Shown here in pieces: positions 1 to 9,988 of a stretch of DNA of 39,493 nucleotides. Below the pieces are notes generated by a model. That model saw nothing but the letters and a program-made list of their open reading frames with translations. It had not been told where the DNA came from and did no database searches. Both the position numbers and the translations under genes were made by a program. Each line of letters opens with the position of its first letter. The first letter of the stretch is position 1. The DNA is from a virus (lineage: Duplodnaviria; Caudoviricetes), in IMG/VR virus record IMGVR_UViG_3300037483_000092, positions 1 through 39,493 of that record; one strand, written 5' to 3'.

Positions 1-168
1 CCTCGCTCGCAGTGCGTACGCATCCACAGAGGGTGACCGTGACTCTGGGTAAAGGCCGCAGGTCAGGACTTGATCGAAGAACGTGACTGAAAGTCACATG
101 GCAAGATCCATCGATGTCACACCCAGTGATACCGGTGAAAGTCACAGAGAGTGAGAAAGGTAGGGATC

Positions 169-573
169 ATGGCGTACCCGAAGATCAACCCTCAGCGCCG
201 CAACGCGCGCGTCGGTCCTCTGATCCTTCCGGCCGAGGGTCGCGAAGGTCTCGCTCCGGCCTGGCCACTCCCGGATCCGGCCAGCCCTGAAGAGACGGTC
301 GCGTGGGATCAGCTCTGGTCGACTCCGCAGGCCGTGGCCTGGGAGAAGCTGGGCTGGACACGGACCGTGGCGCGCTACTGCCGGATCATGGTCGAATCGG
401 AGCGGCCGGGAGCGAAGGCGGATGTTCGGGGCGCTGCCTCCACCATGGAAGATCGTCTGGGCTTGACCCCGAAGGCAATGCGCCTGCTGCTCTGGGCCAT
501 CGCCGAAGACGAGACGGCATCCGAGAACTCCGTGACCCTGCTTCCGGCGCGGCGGAATATCAAGGCGGTGTGA
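169..573 (+). CDS. terminase small subunit
   Basis: First gene, upstream of large terminase; actinophage TerS-like motifs (W..LW.TPQA..W, EDRLGLTPKAM..L.W). ATG at 169 preferred over GTG at 151. Confidence 0.75.
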   Translation: MAYPKINPQRRNARVGPLILPAEGREGLAPAWPLPDPASPEETVAWDQLWSTPQAVAWEKLGWTRTVARYCRIMVESERPGAKADVRGAASTMEDRLGLTPKAMRLLLWAIAEDETASENSVTLLPARRNIKAV

Positions 574-575
574 TC

Positions 576-914
576 ATGGCGGACCTGACCAGTGACCCCA
601 GTGATCCACGACTGACCCATGGGGCCGACGATCAGTCGGTCCCCCAGGCCGACGCGTACCTTGTGCTCTCAGAAGAGGACAGGGCCAGAGGGTTCATCCG
701 GCCGGTACGGACGGCCTACATTCACGAGACGTGCGGTTCGGTCACCACCATGTCCCGGACCATCGCGGAAACCTACGCTCGCCAGCCGTCCTTCTACGGC
801 TCCACATACTGCGTGAAGTGCCGGATGCATCGGCCGGTTGGGGCTGAGGGAGAGTTCGTCTGGGATGTCCGAAACGGGATCTTGAACGAAGAGAATCCTA
901 AGGTCGGGACGTAA
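576..914 (+). CDS. hypothetical protein, putative Zn-binding (HxxCG...CxxC)
   Basis: ATG 576 follows TerS stop; HETCG and YCVKC motifs; stop abuts TerL start. Confidence 0.7.
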   Translation: MADLTSDPSDPRLTHGADDQSVPQADAYLVLSEEDRARGFIRPVRTAYIHETCGSVTTMSRTIAETYARQPSFYGSTYCVKCRMHRPVGAEGEFVWDVRNGILNEENPKVGT

Positions 915-2516
915 ATGCCCTGGAGGGGACCGACGGAACTCCGGCCCTTCCCCACGCTCGGGGATCAGGTGGGCCAGTGGATAGAGACACATCTGGTCGT
1001 CGGGGACGGATACCTCAAGGGCCAGCCGTACCGGCTCACGGATGAGATGTGGCGGTTCCTCTTCCGCAACTATCAGCTGGTTCCCGACGCTGCCCCATGG
1101 CCGTCCGACTACATGTTCCAGCACACGGGCGCGCAACTCCGGCGATCTCAGAAGTGGGGTAAGGATCCGTTCGGCGCGGCCATCGCATGGGCCGAAGCCT
1201 TGGGGCCGACCCGGTTCGATGGCTGGGACGCCCATGGCGATCCGGTCGGCGCTCCCTACCCGACTCCGTTGATCGCGTGTCTGGGGACGTCGGAGGAACA
1301 GACGGCCAACACCTACCGGCCGTTCATGGCCATGGCCCAAGAGGGGCCACTGATCAACACCCCCAGTCTCGACGTGGGGATCACGCGGACCGTTCTCCCC
1401 GGTGGCGGACAGGTCGACCCGGTGACCTGCAGCATGAAAGCGCGGCTGGGCGCTCCCATGACCATGGCGATCATCACAGAGACGCACCTCTTCACCCTTC
1501 AGGGCGGATATCGGGCCGTGGCCGGAGCCGTGAAGCGGAACGTCACCGGTATGGACGGCCGTTGGCTGGAGCTCACGAACGGCTGGGATCCGACAGAGGC
1601 CAGCGAGGCACAGAACACGGCGGAGTCCCTGGACCCGGCCGTGTACGTGGACAGCGTGGAGTCCCATCGGGTGGAGAACCTGGAGGATGACGAAGAGCTG
1701 TACACGGAGTTGCTCCGGCAGTACGGCGACTCCGCGCGTGAGAAGGGCGGCTGGGTCAACGTCCGGGGCCGGATCATGTCAGCCTGCCGTTCGAAGATCC
1801 ACCTGGAGTCCGATCGACGTCGTTACTTCCTGAACGAGATCGTTGTGGGCATGTCTGCCTTCGTCCAGCCTGAGCGCTGGGACGCACAGGCCAGGGACGA
1901 CGACCCCCTGCAGCCCGGTGACGTGATCGCGCTGGGCTTCGACGGGTCGAAGAAGCGGGACGCCACGGCGCTGATCGCCGAACGGCTCCGGGACCGACGT
2001 CTCTTCCCGATCAAGATCTGGGAGCGACCGAAGGACGCGGATCCTGACTGGCAGATTCCCGGGCTGGAGGTGGACCGGGCCGTCAAGGACGTCTTCGAGG
2101 CGTACCAGGTCACGGTGATGTTCGCGGATCCCTACCGGTACCAGGACTATCTTGACGCGTGGTCGGCGAAGTGGCCGGACAAGATCGTCATGTTCCCCAC
2201 GAACGTGGAGATCAGGATGGACCGGGCGATCGAGCGGTTCATGACGTCTCTCGGCAACGCGGAGATCACGCATGATGGAGACGCACAGTTCAAACGGCAC
2301 ATGCTCAACGCCGTCGTGACCAAGGGGAGCCGGAAGAAGCCCAGGCCGGGAGACGAAGAATTGCAGACCTACTACCTGAAGCTGGCGAAGAAGTCCGACG
2401 GACGATGGATAGACGGCGCGGTCGGCGGGGTGCTGGCCCACGAAGCAGGGGCCTACTCGATCGAACACAAGCTACAGCCCAAGAAACCACCCAGGCCTAT
2501 GGTGGTGTTCAGATGA
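915..2516 (+). CDS. terL: terminase large subunit
   Basis: 533 aa; Walker A-like RRSQKWGK, Walker B-like IITETH, nuclease motifs LGFDGS..RD.T and IDGAV; position before portal. Confidence 0.9.
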   Translation: MPWRGPTELRPFPTLGDQVGQWIETHLVVGDGYLKGQPYRLTDEMWRFLFRNYQLVPDAAPWPSDYMFQHTGAQLRRSQKWGKDPFGAAIAWAEALGPTRFDGWDAHGDPVGAPYPTPLIACLGTSEEQTANTYRPFMAMAQEGPLINTPSLDVGITRTVLPGGGQVDPVTCSMKARLGAPMTMAIITETHLFTLQGGYRAVAGAVKRNVTGMDGRWLELTNGWDPTEASEAQNTAESLDPAVYVDSVESHRVENLEDDEELYTELLRQYGDSAREKGGWVNVRGRIMSACRSKIHLESDRRRYFLNEIVVGMSAFVQPERWDAQARDDDPLQPGDVIALGFDGSKKRDATALIAERLRDRRLFPIKIWERPKDADPDWQIPGLEVDRAVKDVFEAYQVTVMFADPYRYQDYLDAWSAKWPDKIVMFPTNVEIRMDRAIERFMTSLGNAEITHDGDAQFKRHMLNAVVTKGSRKKPRPGDEELQTYYLKLAKKSDGRWIDGAVGGVLAHEAGAYSIEHKLQPKKPPRPMVVFR

Positions 2517-2692
2517 CCACTCCGGGGCATCGCCGTAAGGTGGGCGTGGGTCCGGTGATCGTTGCGCTGGTCGGCGCGGTGCTGGTGGCCGTCGGCGCGG
2601 GCCTGTGGTCGGTCCCGGCCGGGTTCATCATCACGGGGATAGAGTCGATCATCGCTGCGTACCTGCTGGCGTATTGGAGGGTTAGAGCGTGA
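2513..2692 (+). CDS. small membrane protein
   Basis: ATGA overlap with terL; 59 aa with two hydrophobic segments. Confidence 0.65.
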   Translation: MTTPGHRRKVGVGPVIVALVGAVLVAVGAGLWSVPAGFIITGIESIIAAYLLAYWRVRA

Positions 2693-4236
2693 AGCTTCTG
2701 GACAATCTCTTCCCTCCGCGCGAGATCAAGCGGTACACACCCCCTCCGTGGATGAACCAGTACCTGTCCGGAGACATGTCGGCACCCGTCGGTTACGTCA
2801 TGTCCTACGGCATGGACCGTGCGGAGCAGGTCGGGCCGTCCTTCGAGAGCTACGTTCTGAACGGCCTGGGCGGCAACGGGGTCGTCTGGAGCATTGAGCG
2901 CGTTCGGTTGGCCGTCTTCACAGAGGCTAGGTTCCTGTACCAGCGGTTCCGTAAGGGACGGCCGGGAGACCTGTACGGATCGCCGGACTTGGCCCTGCTC
3001 GAGCGCCCCTGGGCCGGGGGGTCGACGGGGGATCTCCTGGCGCGCATGATCCTTGACGTGGACATGGCCGGGAACTTCTTCGGCGTGGAGCTGGACGGGG
3101 AGATAGTCCGTCTCCGGCCGGACTGGGTGGAGATCGCCCTCACGGAGCGCTGGGCCGTCCAGAACGGGGAACTTGTCCAGGTCGGATGGCGGAGGCTCGG
3201 TTACCTGTATTACGAGGGCGGCCGGACCGGCGCGCGTCCCGCTGTGTTCCTGCCCGAAGAGATGATTCACTTCGCTCCCCAGCCGGATCCGCTGGCCAGC
3301 TGGAGGGGCATGTCCTGGCTGACCCCGGTCGTCCGGGAGATCATGGCCGACACCCAGGCCACGAAGCACAAGCTGAAGTTCTTCGAGAACGCGGCCACCC
3401 CCAACATCGCCGTGTCCCTGCCCAAGGAGATCCCGCCGGAGGAGTTCGAGGACTTCGTGGACGTCATGGACGCCAAGCACAAGGGCGCTGACAACGCCTA
3501 CCGGACGATGTACACCGGGGGCGGAGCGGATGTGACCGTGGTCGGCGCTGACATGCGACAGATTGACTTCAAGATCACCCAAGGTGCCGGAGAATCCAGG
3601 CTGGCTTCGGCCGGGGGGATTCACCCGGCCATTGTCGGCCTGTCCGAGGGTCTGCAGGGCTCCAGCCTGAACGCCGGTAACTTCGGCGCGGCCCGTCGGC
3701 TGGTGGCCGACGCGACCATGAGACCCCTCTGGCGCAACGCTGCTGGGAGCCTGGAGATCCTGGTGGGGTACGCTCCGGACTCCCGTCTCTGGTACGACAC
3801 GCGCGACGTGGCGTTTCTTCGTGAGGACGCCACCGACCAGGCGAACATCACCCAGATTCAGATGAACACCATCGCGAACTCCGTCAAGGAGGGGTTCGAA
3901 CCGGCGTCGGCCATCGCAGCTACGATCAACAACGATCCGGACCTGCTGGTCCACACGGGGAACCTCTCCGTTCAGCTCCAGCCCCCAGGCGGACCCCAGG
4001 ACACACCTACGGCGGAGAAGACGGCACGATCCGTCGGGGAGCTGCTTCAGAAGCTGTACCTTGGCGTCGGGGTAGTGATCACTGCCGAAGAAGCGCGCGA
4101 CATGCTGAACGCGGCCGGAGCAGGCCTCACGGGCAAGATGCCGGAGCCGGAGCCTGCTCCAGCGCCACCAGCGATCTCCGCTCCCAAGATTCCGGAGCTC
4201 ACCGCTCCATCACAGAACGGTAACGGAGGCGGTTGA
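2689..4236 (+). CDS. portal protein (HK97 family)
   Basis: LAGNFF-like, LRPDWV, IHF, G.SWL, KFFENAATP motifs; between terminase and protease. Confidence 0.9.
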   Translation: MKLLDNLFPPREIKRYTPPPWMNQYLSGDMSAPVGYVMSYGMDRAEQVGPSFESYVLNGLGGNGVVWSIERVRLAVFTEARFLYQRFRKGRPGDLYGSPDLALLERPWAGGSTGDLLARMILDVDMAGNFFGVELDGEIVRLRPDWVEIALTERWAVQNGELVQVGWRRLGYLYYEGGRTGARPAVFLPEEMIHFAPQPDPLASWRGMSWLTPVVREIMADTQATKHKLKFFENAATPNIAVSLPKEIPPEEFEDFVDVMDAKHKGADNAYRTMYTGGGADVTVVGADMRQIDFKITQGAGESRLASAGGIHPAIVGLSEGLQGSSLNAGNFGAARRLVADATMRPLWRNAAGSLEILVGYAPDSRLWYDTRDVAFLREDATDQANITQIQMNTIANSVKEGFEPASAIAATINNDPDLLVHTGNLSVQLQPPGGPQDTPTAEKTARSVGELLQKLYLGVGVVITAEEARDMLNAAGAGLTGKMPEPEPAPAPPAISAPKIPELTAPSQNGNGGG

Positions 4237-4238
4237 CT

Positions 4239-5003
4239 ATGGCCGAAGACGCAATTCTCTACTCCCGGAGTTTCGTGCTGTCCGGGATCGACATCCTGAG
4301 AGCAGCGGATGGCCACGGCGACGGCCGGACGGTAGAGGCGTACGCGGCCGTCTTCGACGTCCCCACGGAGATCACGGACGGCCAGGGCCATTACCTGGAG
4401 GTGATCGACCGGACGGCGTTCAAGCGGACGCTCTCCCACGGGATCGATACCGTCGGGGTGTTCTATCACCACGGGCTCACCCTCCACGGCACCCCCAGCG
4501 ACCTGGGGAGCGTTCCGATCGGCTCTCCGCTGGACATCTCGCCGGACGGGCGCGGGCTCCGCACCGTGACGCGGTTCAACCGTTCAGACCTGGCTGACGC
4601 TGTCCTGGAGGCGATCAGGGCCGGAGACGTGAAGGGGTACAGCTTCCGGGGCAAGATCTTCAAGTCCAGTCCCACCAGGGTCCCGAAGGTCACTCGGGGC
4701 GGCGGGCTCCCGACGATCACCAGGCTGGAGCTGGGTTTGATGGAGTACGGGCCGACTCCGACACCGGCCTACCGGGACGCGGGGATCCTGGCCATCCGCA
4801 GTGAGCTGGGAGAGATCAAGAACACCCTGATCGCCATGCGAGGTACTGTGGTCCCGTCCACTCCGGAGAATGACGACCCGGACCCGGACGATCCGACCAC
4901 TCCCGACACGGGACCCGGTAGCGAGGCCTCGCGTGGTGACACGCGCGCTGACGCTCTGGCACTGCTCCGACTCAGGAACAGGATCCGTGAAAGGGGCCTG
5001 TAA
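4239..5003 (+). CDS. HK97-type prohead protease
   Basis: EAYAAVFD, FYHHG (His), GYSFRG (Ser), EYGPTPTPAY motifs; start could be TTG 4233. Confidence 0.88.
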   Translation: MAEDAILYSRSFVLSGIDILRAADGHGDGRTVEAYAAVFDVPTEITDGQGHYLEVIDRTAFKRTLSHGIDTVGVFYHHGLTLHGTPSDLGSVPIGSPLDISPDGRGLRTVTRFNRSDLADAVLEAIRAGDVKGYSFRGKIFKSSPTRVPKVTRGGGLPTITRLELGLMEYGPTPTPAYRDAGILAIRSELGEIKNTLIAMRGTVVPSTPENDDPDPDDPTTPDTGPGSEASRGDTRADALALLRLRNRIRERGL

Positions 5004-6445
5004 TGGCCGACAAGAAGTCAAAGATCATCGCGGATGAGATGGACCTTCTCCGCGCAGAGATCGACGTGATCGAGAAGAACGAGGACGCCACTCCCGACGA
5101 GATCAGCCGGGCCAACACCCTGCTGGACGAGTGGGACACCAAGAAGGCCGACCTGGAGCACTGGACCCAGCACGAAGCGCGCGTGGACGAGGTCCTTCGC
5201 CACCAGCGCGTTACCGAGCCTCAGTCTCTGGCGGCCGAGCGGCGCGGGCCTGAGGTCATGATCAAGAAGGACCCCTGGGAGACCGGGGCCGAACTGGTCC
5301 GGAGCCTCTGGCGGCACGGGTCCTTCGACACCCAGGACACCATCTCCCGGGCCCTGGCGGCCGTGGAGAGCGGACCCAGGCACCTGAAGGACGACGCCAA
5401 GGAGAAGCTGGACGACCTGCTCCACCTGGACAACCGTCACGCCCCTCTGATCGCGCGTCACGTCCTGCTCACCGGATCGCCGGACTACCACATCCAGTTC
5501 CGGGAGTACGTGGCCAGCCGGGGAACCTACGTCGGGGAAGCGCTGCGTGCGGCCATGTCCCTGACCGACGCCAATGGCGGGTACCTGGTCCCGTTCACGC
5601 TGGACCCGACGATCATCCTGACCAACGCCGGAGCGGCCAACCCGTTCAGGCAGATCAGCACGATCAAGACGATCGCCACCGACACCTGGAACGGCGTTAC
5701 CTCGGCCGGAGTCTCGGCCGAATGGACTGCTGAAGGCGTGGAGGCGGCCGACGCCACCCCGACCGTGGGCCAGCCCACGATCACGCCTAAGAAGGCAGAC
5801 GCGTGGGTCTTCGGTTCCTACGAAGTTCTGGCCGACAGCGGATTCGCGTCCGAGCTCGGTCGTTTGCTGGCCGACGCGAAGGACCGGCTGGAGGCGGCTG
5901 CGTTCGCCACGGCCAACACCGGGGCCACCATTCCGCGCGGTGTCGTCGCTGCAGTCGCTGCCGTGACGGCGTCAATCGTCACCAGCGCCACCACGAACGC
6001 CTTCGTGGTCGGGGACGTCTACAACACCTCGGATGCGCTCCGGCCGCGTGACGCCGCACAGGCGTCTTGGGCCGCGAACAAGAAGATCTACAGCAAGATC
6101 CGGCAGTTCGACACTTCCGGCGGTGGCGCGTTCTGGGCCAACCTCGGCATGGGCGTTCCCAACCTCCTGCTGGGCCAGCCCCAGTACGAGGCGTCGTCCA
6201 TGGCGTCGGTCATCACCACGGGCGCGAACATCCTGCTGGCGGGGAACTTCGCCGAGTTCTACATCGTGGACCGGGTGGGGATGTCGGTGATTTATGACCC
6301 GATGGTGAAGTCCACCGGTAACGGTCGCCCGACCGGCCAAGGAGGTTGGTACGCTTTCTGGCGTGTCGGTTCTGACGTAGTGGACGCTTCGGCGTTCAGG
6401 CTTCTGCAGCTCAACCAGGTCGCTGCGGCTACGGCGCTGGCATAA
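5003..6445 (+). CDS. major capsid protein (HK97 fold, N-terminal delta domain)
   Basis: Coiled-coil N-terminus, GGYLVP, W.AEG, GNF..F.IVDRVG, RVG.DV motifs. Confidence 0.92.
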   Translation: MADKKSKIIADEMDLLRAEIDVIEKNEDATPDEISRANTLLDEWDTKKADLEHWTQHEARVDEVLRHQRVTEPQSLAAERRGPEVMIKKDPWETGAELVRSLWRHGSFDTQDTISRALAAVESGPRHLKDDAKEKLDDLLHLDNRHAPLIARHVLLTGSPDYHIQFREYVASRGTYVGEALRAAMSLTDANGGYLVPFTLDPTIILTNAGAANPFRQISTIKTIATDTWNGVTSAGVSAEWTAEGVEAADATPTVGQPTITPKKADAWVFGSYEVLADSGFASELGRLLADAKDRLEAAAFATANTGATIPRGVVAAVAAVTASIVTSATTNAFVVGDVYNTSDALRPRDAAQASWAANKKIYSKIRQFDTSGGGAFWANLGMGVPNLLLGQPQYEASSMASVITTGANILLAGNFAEFYIVDRVGMSVIYDPMVKSTGNGRPTGQGGWYAFWRVGSDVVDASAFRLLQLNQVAAATALA

Positions 6446-6447
6446 CC

Positions 6448-6606
6448 ATGGCGATGAAGAGCCAGGAGCCGGGCCCCGGATATGAATCCGATCAGGGAAC
6501 GCCGGAGGATATGAGCGCGGCGTGCGATCAGGCCGCGCACGCGTCCATGGCCCACTGTGAGGACATGGCCGGGAACGTCGTCATGAAGATGACGCCTCCG
6601 GCATAG
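6448..6606 (+). CDS. hypothetical 52-aa protein
   Basis: Read manually: MAMKSQEPGPGYESDQG...MTPPA; starts 2 nt after capsid stop; below ORF-track cutoff. Confidence 0.5.
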   Translation: MAMKSQEPGPGYESDQGTPEDMSAACDQAAHASMAHCEDMAGNVVMKMTPPA

Positions 6607-6611
6607 ATCAC

Positions 6612-6668
6612 GGGGACGCTCTCCTCTCCGGCTGGTAAGTTTGACCATCAGTCAGAGAGGAGACTCCC
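6612..6668 (+). promoter_or_regulatory. long hairpin overlapping RBS of the 6669 gene
   Basis: TCTCCTCTC (6620-6628) pairs with GAGAGGAGA (6655-6663); inner GGCTG/CAGTC and outer GGGA/TCCC pairs. Confidence 0.5.
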
Positions 6669-6959
6669 ATGGCCCGATTCCGTGGCAGGGACGACGTACA
6701 GATCGAGATTGAGGCGGTCCGGAACGACGGGCAGTGGCCGGAGATCCTGAGGTTCCTGGACGACACCGGGCTGTCCAGGCTTCCACTGTTCGGCAATCCA
6801 CCCGTCACCCGTGAAGAGGACGGGTCGCTGATCATCCGGGGCAACCCGAAGCCGGTACCCGTCGGGGGCTGGCTGGGCCTGGCGGCCGGTCAGAGGCTGG
6901 CTGGATTCACGGCGGACGAATTCCTCTACCTGTTCGAACCGATCGAGGACGGAAAGTGA
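6669..6959 (+). CDS. hypothetical protein
   Basis: GAGGAG RBS; GTGA overlap with next gene. Confidence 0.65.
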   Translation: MARFRGRDDVQIEIEAVRNDGQWPEILRFLDDTGLSRLPLFGNPPVTREEDGSLIIRGNPKPVPVGGWLGLAAGQRLAGFTADEFLYLFEPIEDGK

Positions 6960-7735
6960 CAAGACCTCCAGATGAGAAGGTCGTGATCGGCTATCTCCAC
7001 CCGGGCATGGTCCACGCGGCGTTCATGGAATCCGTGCTGGACATGCTGGTCTACGACGTGGCGTTTCACCGCCGGATCGTGGATGGTGGCGGACGGCTGG
7101 CCCTCATGGCGGGGTCGAACCTGGCCGGACCGCGCAACAGCCTGGTCAAGAGGTTCCTGGCCTACGGTGAGGCGGACTGGCTGTTCATGGTGGACAGCGA
7201 CATGACCTTTCAGCCGGACATCGTGGAACGGCTGCTTGACTACGCCGACCCGGAGAAGGCTCCAATCGTTGGGGGCCTCTGCTTCGGCTTCGACGACAAG
7301 GCCAGCATTCAGCCCACCCTGTTCGGACTGGTCGGAGACGAGAACCACCCGGACGTGATCAGGTACCACGAATGGCCCCCGGACGCGATGTTCCAGGTGG
7401 CGGCCACGGGCGGCGCGTGCCTGCTGATCCACAAGTCGGTGTTCACCCGGATCCAGAAGATGAAGATCCCCGGACGGAACGGCAAGCGCGGGTTCAACGA
7501 CGCCTTCCCCTGGTTCCAGGAGACGGAGAACGACGGCCAGGCGGTGAGTGAGGACATCACCTTCTGCTGGCGTGCCGGTATCGCCGGTATCCCCGTGTTC
7601 GTGAACACCGGGGTGCAGCTGGGGCACATCAAATTCCGGGAGCTGACCATGGACGCCTACCTGTCCCAGAAGAACCTCCTGGAGGCACAGGGCCAGCTGA
7701 AGGATCTGACTCCGGCCGGAGCGTCCGATGCCTGA
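6956..7735 (+). CDS. glycosyltransferase (GT-A fold, GT2-like)
   Basis: RN.LV..FL, WLFMVDSD (DxD), TGGACLLI, SEDITFC.R motifs. Confidence 0.85.
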   Translation: MTRPPDEKVVIGYLHPGMVHAAFMESVLDMLVYDVAFHRRIVDGGGRLALMAGSNLAGPRNSLVKRFLAYGEADWLFMVDSDMTFQPDIVERLLDYADPEKAPIVGGLCFGFDDKASIQPTLFGLVGDENHPDVIRYHEWPPDAMFQVAATGGACLLIHKSVFTRIQKMKIPGRNGKRGFNDAFPWFQETENDGQAVSEDITFCWRAGIAGIPVFVNTGVQLGHIKFRELTMDAYLSQKNLLEAQGQLKDLTPAGASDA

Positions 7736-8510
7736 TCTGGTGGTCATCATCCCTACTCGGGGGCGTCCACACATGGTCAAGGAGATAGTCGAATCGTTCC
7801 GGGAGACCTGTGAAAAGGACACGGATCTGACCTTCGTGGTGGACGAGTCGGATTCATCGAAAGAGGCCTACAGCACGGCCGTTCGGGAGAGCCTCTATGT
7901 CGGGCTGGTGGACGACAACGGCTGGCGGACCTGGGAGCGGCTTAACTCCGTTCGGGCGGGCGTGCTCATGACCCCGGCCGTGAACATGGTGGACGCGATG
8001 AACAAGGCGGCCGGGTACTTTCTGGAGCATTTCAGAGAGGCACCAAAGGCGGTCGCGTTCATGGGCGACGACCACCGGCCCCGGACACCAGGCTGGGACA
8101 CGGCCTACCTGAACGCGCTGCAGCAGCAACCTGGCTTCGTTTACGGCAACGACCTGCTGCAGGGGAGGGACCTTCCGACCCAGGTGGCGATCTCCGCCAG
8201 TGTCGTCCGGGCGCTGGGGCACATGGCCCCGGACGTGCTCACGCATCTCTACGTTGACGACTACTGGCGGACGCTCGGACAACAGGCCGGGTGCCTGACC
8301 TACCTCCCCGACGTCGTCGTGGAACACCTCCACCCCTCCGACGGTAAGTCGGCCTGGGACGACGGCTACCGTCGTGTGAACTCCCCCGAGATGTACGAAC
8401 GGGACGCTTCGGCCTACGCTCGGTACTGGCGGGAGCACGGCTCACGGGATGTCGCGCGCGTGAAGTTCGCGATCGAGAGGGAGAGGGAGCATGGCACTCA
8501 GCAAGTTTGA
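7728..8510 (+). CDS. glycosyltransferase (GT2-like)
   Basis: VVIIPTRGRP N-terminus, FVVD, FMGDD, H.YVDD, VEHLH motifs. Confidence 0.85.
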   Translation: MPDLVVIIPTRGRPHMVKEIVESFRETCEKDTDLTFVVDESDSSKEAYSTAVRESLYVGLVDDNGWRTWERLNSVRAGVLMTPAVNMVDAMNKAAGYFLEHFREAPKAVAFMGDDHRPRTPGWDTAYLNALQQQPGFVYGNDLLQGRDLPTQVAISASVVRALGHMAPDVLTHLYVDDYWRTLGQQAGCLTYLPDVVVEHLHPSDGKSAWDDGYRRVNSPEMYERDASAYARYWREHGSRDVARVKFAIEREREHGTQQV

Positions 8511-8817
8511 TGGATGGGCCGGGTACAGCGGTGGGGACAAGCTGATTCAGGCCGGAGACGAACTGCCAGACGATCACGCGTTGGTGGTGGAGCGGCCGGA
8601 ACTGTTCGAGGTGGAGCCGGAGCCGGAGCCGGACCCTCCCGTGGTGGAGCGGCCGGAACTGTTCGAGGTGGAGCCGGAGCCGGAGCCGGACCCTCCCGTG
8701 GTGGAGCGGCCGGAACTGTTCGAGGTGGAGCCGGAGCCGGAGCCGGACCCTCCCGTGGTGGAGCCCGTAGCGGCTCCCAGGGCGAAGCCGGGACCGAAGC
8801 TGAAGCGTCCGGCATGA
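8491..8817 (+). CDS. small Pro/Glu-rich protein with internal tandem repeat
   Basis: AGGGAG RBS; DDHALVVERPELF then 3x VVERPELFEVEPEPEPDPP; basic tail. Confidence 0.7.
   Translation: MALSKFDGWAGYSGGDKLIQAGDELPDDHALVVERPELFEVEPEPEPDPPVVERPELFEVEPEPEPDPPVVERPELFEVEPEPEPDPPVVEPVAAPRAKPGPKLKRPA
8584..8764 (+). repeat. 57-bp perfect tandem repeat x3 plus partial copy
   Basis: Copies start at 8584, 8641, 8698; partial at 8755. Confidence 0.95.
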
Positions 8818-9377
8818 CTCGTAAGCGTCTGCGGTCAGCGCACTCCACAGAGGGCCTCAGCACGTTCTACGGCCATCCTTACAATCACCGGGAGTGGCAG
8901 GATCACCGGCTCCGGATCGCCGTGACGCTGGAGGTAGCTCAGTGGGCGGCCCGTCTCGGGGGCTTGACCTCCGGGGCGGACCTGTCCGCTGGAGACGGGT
9001 CCGTGCTGTCCGGTGTCCGGCTCACGCGCAAGGTCTTCGGAGACATCTCCGGGCAGTGGGACGTGTCCGGCTGGATCGAGGAGACGTTGCCAGATCTGGT
9101 TCCGGTCGATCTCTACATTTGCACGGAGACGCTGGAGCACCTGGACGACCCCGACCTGATCCTGAAGACGATCAGGCAGAAGGCGAAAGTACTGGTTCTG
9201 TCCACTCCGGTGGACGCCTTCGAGGACACGAACCCAGAGCACTACTGGGCATGGTCGAAGGCCGACGTCGAAGCCATGCTGAACCAGGCTGGATTCCAGG
9301 TCTTCACTTACGTGTCCGTGAACCTGCGGGCGCTGGGGCCGGAGTACTACGAATTCGGGATCTGGGTGTGCCAGTGA
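8814..9377 (+). CDS. class I SAM-dependent methyltransferase
   Basis: ADLSAGDG motif I; DLYICTETLEHLDDP; LVLSTP; ATGA overlap. Confidence 0.8.
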   Translation: MTRKRLRSAHSTEGLSTFYGHPYNHREWQDHRLRIAVTLEVAQWAARLGGLTSGADLSAGDGSVLSGVRLTRKVFGDISGQWDVSGWIEETLPDLVPVDLYICTETLEHLDDPDLILKTIRQKAKVLVLSTPVDAFEDTNPEHYWAWSKADVEAMLNQAGFQVFTYVSVNLRALGPEYYEFGIWVCQ

Positions 9378-9988
9378 GCGAGTGGAGGTTCTTCGAGGGC
9401 GAGATCCCGCACGTGTCCACGGCGGAGTTTCACGCTGACCGGCAGCGGGCTCCACATCTGGAGCAGGACATGCACAGGCCCCGCTTGTTCAGGGCGGCCG
9501 AACTGGTTGACATGGCCAGGCCTTCACTGAAGCGAGAGGGTTCAGAGTTCTTCTCAGTGTCCGATCTCGGTTGTGGTGACGGTGGGCTGCTGTCCCTGCT
9601 ACAGGGCCGACAGATCGACTGCTGGGGGTACGACTTCGCTCCGGCCAACGTCGCCGGATGGGTGGAGCGCGGGGTGACCGCGCAGCAGGCCGACGTCTTC
9701 GGGGCCGACCGGGGCATGGTCAAGTTCGGGGATCTGACCGTGGTCACGGAGGTGCTCGAGCACATCGCCGATCCACACGGCGCGGTCCAGTGGATCGGAG
9801 AGGGCTCGAGGTGGATCGTCGCTTCGTCTCCGATGACGGAGGGTCCCTGGGGCCATGACGAGTGTCACGCCTGGGCTTGGGACCCGGCCGGGTACCGGGC
9901 TCTGATAGAACAGGGTGGATTCCAGATCATCGAACATAATGGTCTCGGCCCCTTTCAGCTGATCCTGGGGAGGATGGACGATGACTGA
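9374..9988 (+). CDS. class I SAM-dependent methyltransferase
   Basis: SDLGCGDG motif I; GYD; TEVLEHIADP; GTGA overlap. Confidence 0.85.
   Translation: MSEWRFFEGEIPHVSTAEFHADRQRAPHLEQDMHRPRLFRAAELVDMARPSLKREGSEFFSVSDLGCGDGGLLSLLQGRQIDCWGYDFAPANVAGWVERGVTAQQADVFGADRGMVKFGDLTVVTEVLEHIADPHGAVQWIGEGSRWIVASSPMTEGPWGHDECHAWAWDPAGYRALIEQGGFQIIEHNGLGPFQLILGRMDDD

Noticed and set aside
8814-9988. Methyltransferases as DNA methyltransferases
   Set aside because: No DPPY/NPPY or PC catalytic motifs; short EHLxDP-type enzymes resemble small-molecule or sugar methyltransferases.
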